64,000 nucleotides of DNA, from NCBI GenBank assembly GCA_030141605.1, contig JAQGDQ010000537.1:62001-126000 (forward strand), given 5' to 3'. The notes under the pieces were generated by a model. That model did not search any database. It was not told the origin of the DNA and saw only the letters and a list, made by a program, of their open reading frames with translations. Source of the stretch: Tubiluchus corallicola (Eukaryota; Animalia; Priapulida). Positions 51,978 through 64,000 of this stretch are shown piece after piece (the stretch's first letter is position 1; each line of letters opens with the position of its first letter). A program made the position numbers and the translations under genes.

Positions 51978-52825
51978 GGGAGAGGGGGAGGGAGCATAAA
52001 TATTTAACTAGTTGGCAAAGTTCGTATTTAGCCAAAAATATATTGCTGCTGTCTAGGCTTTATTAATAAATTCTTTACTTATTCCCATCTTATAAACAAC
52101 TATCTTTAAATTAAAAGCTGACAAGCTCTCATAATCTGCACTGTGTAACTGTGCTAATACCAGAATGGATAGTTTAGTCTACACAGGATAATTTTACAGA
52201 CAACGCTTCATTATTTGTGTGGGTAATTTCAATTATTGCAGTAATAAGCCATGGTAAACCCAAGAGGCAGGACATCACAATTGCTGAACTAGTCTCTCTT
52301 GATAGACTCTCTTGATAGACTATCTGTCTGTCTCAATTACTGGCCCGTTTCAATTATCATCTGAGCTGTAATCTATGGACGCTGTTTTGTTGTTTCACAC
52401 AAACTGATAGAGTAACAGAAAGCTATCATATGCAGCTCTACACAAGAGATTAATTTGATTGAAGTTGACTGAGTCTATTTGGGAAACGGTATTATTTTGA
52501 GTGGTGACGTCAAGTGCTCGAGACGCACGACGTCTTAAGTCAACTAGAAAGAAGTCTTAAGTCAACGAAAACTGTCAGAGTTGCTCACGAAGCCATGAAG
52601 CTAAATGTTCCTTTAAGTAAAAACATGCTTATTGCTCAAAACGTCAGTGTATTAACTCTTTAATATGAAAATTGTCTATGAGTTCAGATGATGGTAAAAT
52701 CATGCTATTTAAGAGTTACTGCTGCAATGCTTACTGTATGTCTTTATGGACTTTATAGTAATGGTATGATAAATAGACTGCGTATTGCATACAACAGTGG
52801 TATCAGAAAACTGTTTCGCTTAAAG

Positions 52826-53580
52826 TACGATTGCAGTACTTCTGGCATGTATGTAAACCTATCTACGAATGCAGTACTTCTAGCATGTATGTAAACCTAT
52901 CTACGATTGCAGTACTTCTGACATGTGTGTAAACCTATCTACGATTGCAATGCTTCTGACATGTATGTAAACCTATCTACGATTGCAATGCTTCTGACAT
53001 GTATGTAAACCTATCTACGATTGCAATGTTTCTGGCATGTGTGTAAACCTATCTACGATTGCAGTACTTCTGGCAGGTGTGTAAACCTATCTACGATTGC
53101 AGTACTTCTAGCATGTTGTAAACCTATCTACGATTGCAGTACTTCTAACATGTTGTAAACCTATCTACGATTGCAGTCATATAGGCATGTATGTAAACCT
53201 ATCTACGATTGCAATGCTTCTGACATGTATGTAAACCTATCTACGATTGCAGTACTTCTGGCATGTGTGTAAACCTATCTACGATTGCAGTACTTCTAAC
53301 ATGTTGTAAACCTATCTACGATTGCAGTCATACAGGCATGTATGTAAACCTATCTACTATTGCAATGCTTCTGACATGTATGTAAACCTATCTACGATTG
53401 CAGTACTTCTGGCATGTGTGTAAACCTATCTACGATTGCAATGCTTCTGACATGTGTGTTAACCTAACTACGATTGCAGTACTTCTGGCATGTGTGTAAA
53501 CCTATCTACGATTGCAATGCTTCTGACATATGTGTAAACCTATCTACGATTGCAGTACTTCTAGCATGTTGTAAACCTAT
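52826..53580. repeat. 37-38-bp minisatellite (~20 copies) inside a LINE remnant
   Basis: Unit TACGATTGCAGTACTTCTGGCATGTATGTAAACCTATC; period measured 52826 to 52864. Confidence 0.95.
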
Positions 53581-54164
53581 GTCTACCACATTTAGTCATA
53601 TTCGCAGAAGATCATGTTATAGCGTTCGAAATAGCTTATTACTTATAATGGCAATAGTATTATAACTGCTATTATTAACACACATAGACTTGTCAAATCT
53701 TGCTTTTTTGTGAAATGGAACGAATTATTACATAATTAGTCTTTAAAATTTATTTAGCTTTTAATTTACCAACCCTGTATATGTATTTACTCTTGTAATT
53801 TTTATTTCATTGTATTTTATTTCATTTTATTACCGTATTTGTATTTTATTTGGTCTTAGTTACCGAAATTGAATTGTCGAACACAAAAGTTCATAATGAC
53901 GTGCTGCAAGGATCCCAATTGCTTGGGACTTTTTGCATGTAACTCAAACGAGATATGGGGCCAGTCCAGATTATGAAATTCGGGCAGAGGCAGAGTATAG
54001 TGTGCAAGACTGCAGGTATTATGCACAGGCAAGGATGCGCCTCTACTTCCGAAACAGCTCAAAACGCCATCTACTGAGTCATACTATAGAAATGTTGCCT
54101 TGTACAGGCACTTCAAAGCATTTATTATTAAAACATTTAATATTAAATGTATTTGGAAGCCAAA

Positions 54165-54510
54165 GCTTTGTGACCAGAGCTACAAATAACTGGGACTTAT
54201 TAATAAAAGAAAGTTTATCTATGTACCCTAATAAGCCTTCTCTTAATGTACAAAGCAGTTCAATCCCATTAACTTTATTTTCAAACATTTAACTATTTCT
54301 TACTGTATCAATTTCTTTTCTACAGGTCTGTTTATTCGTTACTTTGGCTTCTTTGTAAATACATAATTAGTGCATAATTTTCTATACTGTAGGCTCTGCC
54401 TACATAAACTGGTTGTTGTTTGTATAGTGTACCACTGATGATGACAGCTGATTGCTGTTGAAACGTTTGGACATATTTTTAAACGGTTGTAAATTAAAGT
54501 TTTCAATAAA
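54165..54510 (+). mobile_element. Penelope-like element 3' fragment
   Basis: RATNNWDLLIKESL....KPSLNVQSSSIPLTLF resembles the C-terminal end of the Penelope GIY-YIG domain; followed by a hammerhead motif and AATAAA. Confidence 0.8.
54431..54472 (+). ncRNA. Minimal type-I hammerhead ribozyme motif
   Basis: CCA-CTGATGA-T-GACAGC-TGATT-GCTGTT-GAAAC-GTT-TGG. Confidence 0.75.
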
Positions 54511-54721
54511 AATTGTGCTGTTTTAATAGCAATGAAAGCTTTCAGGTTTAAGAATTTCTTGCAGGCACAGACAAGATCTACAATTTTTAGCCAAATTGTT
54601 GAAAATTAAAGTTTCTGCCTGATCATGGATTCGAGTTCTGCCAGTATTGTCCCCATGGCTCTACGCGGATAAACGCATTCCCATGTCATGATTGCGACCT
54701 TAATTTGTAACCGGTTGACAT

Positions 54722-55100
54722 AATAAGACTTTTCATGGTTTCGTTCTGCGCACGCGCACTTGTTGTAGGTCAAAGATTAAGTTTATCACAGCAATGCGTC
54801 TTAACTACAACCGTAAAGGAAAGCCGTCTGCCGCATCAGTTCAGTAAGTTCAGTCGTTTTACATGGGCTTTACTTAGTTATTTACTAGTCTGTGTGTAGA
54901 GTGATTTACTAGCAGGATCTTGCTTGTGAACAAGAAAAAGTGAACTAGGTAACGTTCTAGCTAGCTGTTAAAACTGTTACTATTACAATAGCATGGGCTG
55001 CGAGTCGTTGTCAAGCGTACACAAATGCGTTGTCTGGTACACTTAACCTTTGACCTTTTCACGATCATCATCAATCGTTGGAAATGTGAAAAGGCTTATT
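54722..55100. mobile_element. MITE, copy 2 of 4055-4449
   Basis: AATAAGACTTTTCA ... TGAAAAGGCTTATT. Confidence 0.8.
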
Positions 55101-55122
55101 CTAGCTACAACAATCACATTAC

Positions 55123-55275
55123 CTGATAATGCAATAGCAACTTTTTCTATTCCTCCACGTGGTTTCAGCGCCTCAACCGCTTTCTGACCGAATAATTTCG
55201 CCAAAAATCCCTGTCCGTTTTCTTTGATTAAATGCTTCAAAAAATCAATAATTTCGTCCACTGGAGGTCGCACAG
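55123..55275 (-). CDS. Prohormone-4 / IDLSRF-like precursor, penultimate exon (upstream exons not found in the window)
   Basis: xVRPPVDEIIDFLKHLIKENGQGFLAKLFGQKAVEALKPRGGIEKVAIALS; TTTCAG acceptor and G|GTAATG donor; phase 1 joins the 50885 exon. Confidence 0.9.
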
Positions 55276-55844
55276 CTGAAATAAAAAGAGGTTCGATAAT
55301 AACAACATTTACAATTATGATGCAAATCAATTTATTCAGGCACCTCAAAGCATTTATTATTAAAACAACACAACTTTTATTAAAAATTTTAATGTATAAC
55401 TGTTCAAAAATATGGTCAAACATTTCACACACGAACGTGTGAACATTTGGGTATTTCGTTTAGAACTGGGAACAAATTAAAAAATTCTCCTCAATTCAGC
55501 ATTAATGACTGGACAGAAGAAAATCATTTTAATTACTCTAAATTTAAATTTATGCTGTATTGTCATCATACTTTTTTAGTTTTGGATAGTGCTGCCACCT
55601 TCAGGTGTTCTTGTTAAAATTGTTAAAGCTTTCTCTTTACTGTTTAAATTTTCATTGGCTTCTACAGTCTTTATGAATGCATAATCTCTAAACCTGTTTT
55701 CACACCTAAATGATTTCACCTGTAGTTTTGGTCACTTGGTTTTCTGCTTTTCAATATGACACTACTTCACTGTTTATGTAGACATTTCAGAATAAAATCT
55801 TAAAACTAAATTTCAAGTTTTTTGGTTTCTTCAAACCAATGACC

Positions 55845-56155
55845 TTATTTGTGCCTTTGACCACAAAGCTGGTTTTGACAATTTCGGCATTGTGAGCAGA
55901 GCTACAAATAACTGGGACTTAGTAATAAAAAAAGTTTATCTATGTACCCTATTAAGCCTTCTCTTAATGTACAAAGCAGTTCAATTCATTAAACTTTATT
56001 TTCAAACACTTAGCTACTTGTTACTATATTAATTTTTTTCTACTGGTCTGCTTAGTCATTACATATTTGGCTTTTGTAAATACATAATTAGTGCACAATT
56101 TTCTATACTGTTGGCTAAGTCTATTTAAACTGATTGTTGCTTGTATGGTGTACCT
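55845..56155 (+). mobile_element. Penelope-like 3' fragment, second copy
   Basis: Highly similar to 54175-54433; similarity stops at GTACC. Confidence 0.8.
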
Positions 56156-57061
56156 TATAGTGTTGCTTATAAAGTTTTCAATATTTAATACAACTATGAT
56201 GTTAAAATATAAACGTTTGCGTAATGTTTGCATACAGAATTTGGTATAATACCCTGTTTATATATTTAAATCTAACTTAATTCATGAAATTCGGGGGGTG
56301 GGGGGGGGGGGTGCATACATTAAAATGCTTGAAGATAGTTTAGTCTATAATGCATATTTCACGTGCAAAGAATTAGACATGAATGGTAACTAAACCTGCG
56401 TTATAATGTATTACGGAAATATTATCTAAACTTGGCTTCACCCTTATATGGGACAACGGCCTAGAGCACATAAGAAAACTGCACAAAGTTCCGCGTTTTG
56501 ATTCCAAATTGAGGTTGGTCGATATGCATGACCTAAAACACCTGTTGATATGAGAAAATGTACTTTATGTAAGAATGGGAGGACGGTAGATGGATTTCAC
56601 TTTAGTATGCAATGCAATGTCAAGAAATGATCCTGCGTTCTTAAATGAAATATTAGATATTAGTTTTCCATAATTCCCATCTATGTGTGGTATTGATAAG
56701 TTTATATTTTTAAATAAAAGTGGATATGTGGAAGTAAAGAAATTGTTGATTAACTATGTGCATAAAAGTTCAAGAATACTTGATTCTAAATTAAGAGGTA
56801 CGAACTAATTTTGCTAAGAATTAATGTACTCAAACAGCAAAGTGATATGTAGATGTGTTTGTTATAAATTATGGCATTTTTTATTTTCCTTTTATGTCAA
56901 CTACGTTTAAACGAAAAGCTGACGATTGTGTTGTCATTAGTTCAAAATAAAGTATGTTCCAAAATATTGAAACCTATAACGGTTTTTTTTAAAATCAAAG
57001 CTTATATTAAATAATAATTATCTCGGATAGTTAAATTTTGCTAAACTTTCACTGCTACGCT

Positions 57062-57431
57062 CAGCGAATCCACAAAGACTGGCAATGGCCTCTTTTTGTC
57101 ACATTCACGTGGCCGAGAAATAGGCGTGGTAGCGTGATAAGCACGATCATAAAGGGCAGTGTTCGTCTGTGACGTCAGTGTGACGTACAGCTCATCTTCG
57201 TCACATCACATCAGCGTCTTATCACAATCTTCGCTTAAGCAAACGCGTTTGACGCACAAGGGAAGATGCCTACCATTGCACAAACTGTAGTTAGTATGTG
57301 ACGATAGCTGTGTTGGGATGCCGTTTTCAAGGTGATTATTCAAATATCAGAAACAATTGTACACAAGAAAATGTATATTTTGGACAGTAAATTAAAATGA
57401 GGTTGAGTCTAATCAGTCGTCCGGTCTTCCT
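57062..57431. mobile_element. Kolobok-like MITE family 2
   Basis: Aligns to 48545-48924; ends CCGGTCTTCCT|TTAA. Confidence 0.75.
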
Positions 57432-57523
57432 TTAAGAGTTTGTCTCGTATGCGTTGTTTTTTAAGTTTGCGATTTGTTAACTGTACTTGTGTTTATGTTT
57501 GTGAAATAAAGCTTTTATTATTA

Positions 57524-57958
57524 TATTGTATTGTATTGTATTGTATTGTATTGTATTGTATTGTATTGTATTGTATTGTATTGTATTGTATTGTATTGTA
57601 TTGTATTGTATTGTATTGTATTGTATTGTATTGTATTGTATTGTATTGTATTGTATTGTATTGTATTGTATTGTATTGTATTGTATTGTATTGTATTGTA
57701 TTGTATTGTATTGTATTGTATTGTATTGTATTGTATTGTATTGTATTGTATTGTATTGTATTGTATTGTATTGTATTGTATTGTATTGTATTGTATTGTT
57801 TTGTGTGGTGTGGTGTGGTGTGGTGTGGTGTGGTGTGGTGTGGTGTGGTGTGGTGTGGTGTGGTGTGGTATGGTATGGTATGGTATGGTATGGTATGGTA
57901 TGGTATGGTATGGTATCGTATCGTATCGTATCGTATCGTATCATATCATATCATATTA
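57524..57958. repeat. Compound pentanucleotide microsatellite
   Basis: (GTATT)n > (GTGTG)n > (GTATG)n > (GTATC)n > (ATATC)n. Confidence 0.98.
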
Positions 57959-58034
57959 TATTACATTATTTTATGAAGTTCACTTTGAAAGAATCATTTT
58001 GTATAATCTGCCAGTTAGGTTGTAATCATTTTCG

Positions 58035-58357
58035 TAATGGTGATGATGATAATGATGATGAAGTGATGATGATGACGATGGCGACGACGAGGATGATGAT
58101 GGTAGTGATGGTGATGATGACAATGACTACAACGCTGATGATGATAATGATGGTGATTGCGATGACAATGATGATGATGATGATGGTGATGATGATAATG
58201 ACGGCGACGACGATAATGACAGTGATGGTGACGATAACGATGTTGATGATGATGGTGATGATGATGATGATGATAATAATGGTGGTGATAACAATGATGG
58301 TGATGATGATGATGACGGCGATGATGATGATGATGATGATGATGACGATGATGATGA
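58035..58357. repeat. Degenerate (GAT)n tract
   Basis: Directly visible. Confidence 0.95.
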
Positions 58358-59389
58358 CTGCTAACATCATTCACGGTTGATATCATTTGAATATTGGCTC
58401 AAAGTCACAATCAATACTTTCCTCATGCATAATCATCGCTGTTGCTGTCGTCGCTTGTCAGCGTTGATGAATGAATCAGAAAATACAAGAGTAAAAGTAA
58501 GCTTTTTATTAGTCCGCCTTTGATCGATGATTAACATGATCAATCAACGAGTGTTACGCATGCAGAGTAGCACAATATTCGAATTTTGAAAGTATTGTTT
58601 AGACAGCAAAGCACAACGTGTTTTCACAACAGCACAAATGCTGATCGAATTTCGATCTTCATCAGAAATTTTGCTTCAGAAACTCAAGGTCCATAAGCTC
58701 AAGGTTAACTAGGTCATTCTGACGACAGAGAGCTTCATATGTGTGGAGTTAGTATTCCTTCTGATGGTGGGGGGGGGGGGGATTGTTTCATAAACCAATC
58801 GGAAGAGAGATAATGTCTGTCGACGCCAATTACTGCAATTGCTTTGTTTGCGAGAGCACTAATTTTATTGCAAGTCGCAACTAAGTCAGGGCGCTGCAAT
58901 CGGTTTCTGCATTATCACACCTTTACAAAGTTCTGTCACAATTTTCTAGACCAGGTCCCTGCAAATTTAGAAAACCTTCGGAATTTTTGGGCTATTCAAG
59001 ATTTTCAGGCATACAGGCGTTTCGTAAATAACAAGTCAACAACCCTTTCCAGAGAATCCCGGAAGACGATTTAGGAGAATTCCTATCACGTACGCACAAC
59101 GACCAATTTCCCGTTTTTGCCTTCGCTTTTAAATCTAACGAGTGATTAAGGGGCAACAAAATACACTTGTGATGGTTAATGCCTTTCTGTGGCTCTGAAT
59201 TCATCAGCAGTGATTTCTCTATCCACTGATTTAGGCAGAGGTGGCTCTAGGTAGTTTGACGCCCTAAAGTATTTTTAGCACTCCCCTTTTCAACCGTCAA
59301 CCTCTCCCCCCACCATCCCCATCCCACTCCCAATGTTTCTTGTATGGTATTATAGTAAAGTGCAATGGTACCTGTGTGTTAGCCTTATG

Positions 59390-59785
59390 CATGTGTTACA
59401 TATTAGACTGATCTTATATAATCACATCAATGTAATTAAACCAGAATTTTTCTTTATGAGCGATGCTGATAAATTTTTATTCTTGATGAGATGTAATGAT
59501 TTATAAGTAATCAAGGCATTTATTGATTGTGTTGAAAAAGGGTTTTTTGATATGATGAACAATATATTATGTAATGATCATATCATTGAAAACGAGGCCT
59601 AATGAATGAGAATTTATTTTAAATCCTAATCATTAAACTTTTTACTTAAATAACTAACAGGAAAATTTAATAATATTTGTTTTATTAGTAATTGTTTTGT
59701 CTGTTTATAGTGTTATTATATTTCAAAATTGAAATTTTATGCATGTCTTGTTTTGTTCTTGTATTGCATGTATTTTTGACACTAA
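59390..59785 (+). mobile_element. LINE 3' end with (AAAT)n tail, same family as 5575-6230
   Basis: Shared ATGAGCGATGCTGATAAATTTTTATTC and downstream UTR. Confidence 0.8.
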
Positions 59786-59966
59786 TAAATAAATAAATAA
59801 ATAAAAACAAAGATGTATTGTATCGTTAACTAATTATCTACAGCTTGTGCTGATTGAATTTGAAATTGAATTTGACCCCATTGTTCTCTATATTTCCTTT
59901 CCTATATGCTCAGCTGAAGACTTACAGATGTCGTAGTTAGACAAATACTACTGTAAGATATTTTAA

Positions 59967-60600
59967 AGGACAAGAACAGGGGCACCTGAAGTAGGTTTCA
60001 GAAAAATCGCCTTAAAAATTATGTTACTTTACAGCAGTTGTATGCGTATATACTAGTCGCGTTGAAAACGAAATTTTTATTCGTTTTCATTTTAAATCTC
60101 CCGCAATACTGTTCTGACCGCGCCATTTCATGACGTCACTACACAAATGTAAATCCGGGGAAGAAAAGGAAATTGTTAAATTATGATCCAAAAAACTTTC
60201 TATGCAAATCTATATTCCTCAGCATTTCGCCTATTTGCTGGAAAGACTAATGTAACTAGAAATAATAATTTAAAATGTTCGTGCCAATTGGTGAAATGTC
60301 ATTGACTCACCCTCCAGGGTGCGCCTCTCACTAACCAAAAACGTATTTTTAATCTTATTGACAAGATACAGTAATTCAAAATTTTACTCAGTAACATGCG
60401 TGCTGCAAATGCGCCGGTTCTTTTTTTAAACTTGACGCAATGACATCTAAACTTGTATCAAATGACATCTTCAAATTTACATGCTTCATACAACGTTACT
60501 GCCGACGCAAGTCCTGCATGCAAAAAGGCAGTATGTAAGTCGTATGAGATTTTAAGGCGAATTTTCTAAGCTTTATGTAAATGGAAGATTTTCTTGTGTT
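59967..60600. mobile_element. Kolobok-like MITE family 3
   Basis: TTAA|AGGACAAGAA ... TTCTTGTGTT; aligns to 48930-49620. Confidence 0.8.
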
Positions 60601-60757
60601 TTATCAGAAGGTCATTCTATAAGCACTAATGGAAACAGCGAGTAAAAGTAGAGTAACCCATCGGTCACGTCTGCCTGACGTAATGTCAGAAATGACGTTA
60701 TTATAGGAAACCAGATAAAGCAAAAATAGAAAGTGTTTTTCCACTTGAACATATGTT

Positions 60758-61255
60758 ATTTAACGGCGGACGAGCTCAACTATTGATGACATCACAAACT
60801 AACATAATTTTCAACATCAAAAATGTTCCACGAGGGTGTTGCACGTGTTTGCGAAAGCGGAAATTGAAGTACAGTGCTACTGTAAGATATTCAGTGTGTT
60901 GTACTAAAACTAGCCAAGTTCTAAGATAAAAACTCAAATTTCAAATTTACCGCTATGCTTACGCGTGAGCTGTCGAACTTGTGCAGTACGTTACAAATGC
61001 ACACCTCTGAAATGAAAGGTACTGCACCTGTTTTTGGTGCATTGCGTTTCCTAAATGCAGGCCCTAGTGCCCGTCTAACTAACGAATGGCGATATGCGTG
61101 TAACAGCCAAGAACTAGTGGCGCGAACGTGAGATTGTGTTTGTGGTAATAATTCTTTCATGTAAGTCGTTCTTGAAAAAATAGTATGTTTTCTTTCAACA
61201 TTTTTAAAGAGTAGATTGTTTTGACGTACAGTTTAAGATGGACTCTGGTTTTCCT
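60758..61255 (-). mobile_element. Kolobok-like MITE family 1, truncated
   Basis: Ends CTGGTTTTCCT|TTAA. Confidence 0.8.
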
Positions 61256-61619
61256 TTAAGAGTCGTTTTTAAATCTGCAGACTTGTTACTAGATTTGCAT
61301 TAAGCGTTTTTTTTTTCATGTTACTCGGCTGGACCCAATGGACTGCTTTGCTTTTGCATTCAGCACCTGAGCCACAGTAAATGCAACAGAACTGATGAGA
61401 ATTTACAGTAATCTTGAGAATAGGAAATGATAAGATACTGCAACGAACATGGCGAATAATTCCCGAGCATGTTCAGTTGCATGTGGCTTTATGACTAACT
61501 TAATTCTATCTTATTCAAGCTTCACCTTCGCATGAGTAAACTAATTTTGCATCACTTCGGTAGCAGTGACAAGCATATTCTAATACAGCTAGTGCTTTTC
61601 CTTCGATAACATAATCTAA

Positions 61620-62906
61620 TTACATGCTTGGAATACATAATCCGCTCCAATGCTTGAACTACATAATCCACTCTCATGCTTGGATTATATAATACACTCT
61701 CATGCTTGGACTATATAATCTACTCATATACCTGCCTATATAATCCACTACCATACTTGGACTACGTAATCCACTCCCATACTTGGACTATGTAATCCAC
61801 TCTCATGCTTGGACTATATAATACACTCTCATGCTTGGACTATATAATCTACTCATATACCTGACTATATAATCCACTCCCATGCTTGGACTATATAATC
61901 TACTCATATACCTGACTATATAATCCACTCCCATGCTTGGACTACATAATCCACTCCTATGCTTGGGCTTCATAATTCACTCCCATACCAGATTATATAA
62001 TCCACTACCATGCTTGGACTACATAATCCACTCCCATGCCTGACTACATAATCCGCTCCCATGCTTAGACTACATAATCCACTCCCATGCTTTCACTACG
62101 CAATCCACTCCCATGATTAAACTACATAATCCACTACCATGCCTGACTACATGATACACTGCCATGCTTGGACTACATAATCCACTCCCATGGTTGCACT
62201 ACATAATTTACTCCAATAGTTGTACTACATAATCCACTCCCATGGTTGTACTACATAATTCACTCCCATGGTTCTACTACATAATTCACTCCCATGGTTG
62301 TACTACATAATTCACTCCCATGGTTGTACTACATAATTCACTCCCATGGTTATACTACATAATTCACTCCATGGTTGTACTACATAATCCACTCCCATGG
62401 TTGTACAACATAATCCACTCCCATGGTTGTACTACATAATTCACTCCCATGGTTGTACTACATAATTCACTCCCATGGTTGTACTACATAATCCACTCCC
62501 ATGATTCTACTACATAATTCACTCCAATGGTTGTACTACATAATTCACTCCCATGGTTGTACTACATAATTCACTCCCATGGTTGTACTACATAATTCAC
62601 TCCATGGTTGTACTACATAATCCACTCCCATGGTTGTACAACATAATCCACTCCCATGGTTGTACTACATAATCCACTCCCATGGTTGTGCTACATAATT
62701 CACTCCCATGGTTGTACTACATAATCCACTCCCATGGTTGTACTACATAATTCACTCCCATGGTTGTACTACATAATTCACTCCCATGGTTGTACTACAT
62801 AATTCACTCCCATGGTTGTACTACATAATTCACTCCCATGGTTGTACTACATAATTCACTCCCATGGTTGTACTACATAATCAACTCCTATGCTTGGACT
62901 AGATAA
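61620..62906. repeat. 25-26-bp minisatellite (~50 copies)
   Basis: Unit CACTCCCATGGTTGTACTACATAAT(T/C); period measured 62761 to 62787. Confidence 0.97.
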
Positions 62907-62924
62907 TGGAAATCTCAAACCATA

Positions 62925-63508
62925 GCTCAAAACAATCTAATCTATAAAATATTGCAAGAGAACATACTATTTTTTAAGAATGGCTTACGTGAAAGAATTC
63001 TTAATACACAAACGTAATTTCACGTTCACGCCAGTAGTTCTTTGCTGTTACATGCATTTTGTCATTCACTAGTTAGACGGGACACTAGCGCCTCCATTTC
63101 GGAAAAAAACAGGTGCTGTACCTCTCAGTTCAGATGTTTTCATTTGTGATGTACTGCACACGTTAGAGAGCTCGTGCGTGAACACAGCGGGAATTTGAAA
63201 TTTGAATTTTTGTCTTAAACTTATCGAGCTTTAGTACAATACACAGAATCTCCTACAGCAGTACTGTACTTCAATTTTCGCTTTCGCACACACGTGCAAC
63301 ACACTCATGGAATATTTTTGCTGTTGAAAATTATGTTAGTTTGTGATGTTATCAACAGTTGGGCTCGTCCGCCATCAATTAAGTTTTTAATCTATTACTT
63401 AATTATCAGAAACGCTTTTGCAGTATTATTGATGTTATTATTAAAATGCACACTTTTTACTGGACTTGAAAATGGGGCAGTATGTGAAAAATCATTCTGT
63501 CTTCTTCT
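62925..63508 (+). mobile_element. Kolobok-like MITE family 1
   Basis: Aligns with the 3078 and 13846 copies from CAAAACAATCTA onward. Confidence 0.8.
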
Positions 63509-64000
63509 AATCAGTGAAGTTACAGACGGCGTACAGATAGCTCCAAACAGTTGAGATCTGTAGATAAAACAGCGCTAGTGAATAATAAATAATTTGCCAT
63601 GAGGAAGAAGAAAATAAAGCTTTTTGAATATGAGTCTAATCAAGCTTACGTGAGACAATATTGTCCAGACTCGCCGCTACTTCAAGTACGGGCCTTAAAT
63701 GCTAATTTCATTCACTGCTTGGACCTATTAATGGAATAGCTGGCGATACGCTCGTCTGATCAAAGAACAGAGGAACCGACCCCCTTGAGACTGGGCTTCA
63801 TGACTAGAGTGGAAAACGCGGAAGCCAGTTTAGATCATAGCCATTGCTTGTGACAGGTAGTAGATTGTAGTGAGAATTTTGAAAAGTTCTAATGGAAAGT
63901 AAAACGTCCACTGGGATTAGAGGGCATTTGTGATTGGAGCAAGTTGAATGAGAAAATTGGCGTCTGTAATGAGTCAACGGCTGTACAAAGAAAAAAGAAG

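Noticed and set aside
57440-58386. Long ORFs (YCIVL repeats, poly-M/H/I) and the poly-ER ORFs at 40200 and 50924
   Set aside because: These are translations of microsatellites.
61620-62906. CRISPR-like appearance of the 26-, 31- and 38-bp arrays
   Set aside because: Units are head to tail with no unique spacers, there are no cas genes, and the context is eukaryotic.
63294-63554. Recurrent ORFs LLKIMLVCDVINSWAR (also at 3507, 14173 and 16148) suggesting a small gene family
   Set aside because: They are MITE family-1 copies, with frames and stops not conserved between copies.

Overview
This is AT-rich, intron-containing animal DNA, not prokaryotic; the prohormone-4 gene points to an invertebrate bilaterian. 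Six spliced protein-coding genes can be reconstructed by hand: TMEM258 (-, largely missed by the ORF track, with a U12-type intron), FAM161A-like (+, with a GC-AG first intron), COA4 (-), MRPS18A (+), RSPH9 (-) and the last two exons of a prohormone-4/IDLSRF-like neuropeptide precursor (-). The rest is mostly transposon-derived: several Kolobok/piggyBac-type (TTAA), hAT-type (8-bp TSD), Tigger/pogo-type (TA) and MULE-type (9-bp TSD) MITE families, a young 5'-truncated RTE LINE, remnants of L2/CR1-, Dong/R4- and Penelope-like elements, three minisatellites and several microsatellites. The most notable observations are: a ~405-bp TSD-flanked, ORF-less, highly structured RTE-leader-derived retroposon in FAM161A intron 1; a minimal hammerhead ribozyme in a Penelope end; the tail-to-tail MRPS18A-RSPH9 pair also seen in humans; a minisatellite born inside a LINE ORF; and chained or recombined Kolobok MITEs. 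All family assignments are by eye and from memory; no database searches were run.
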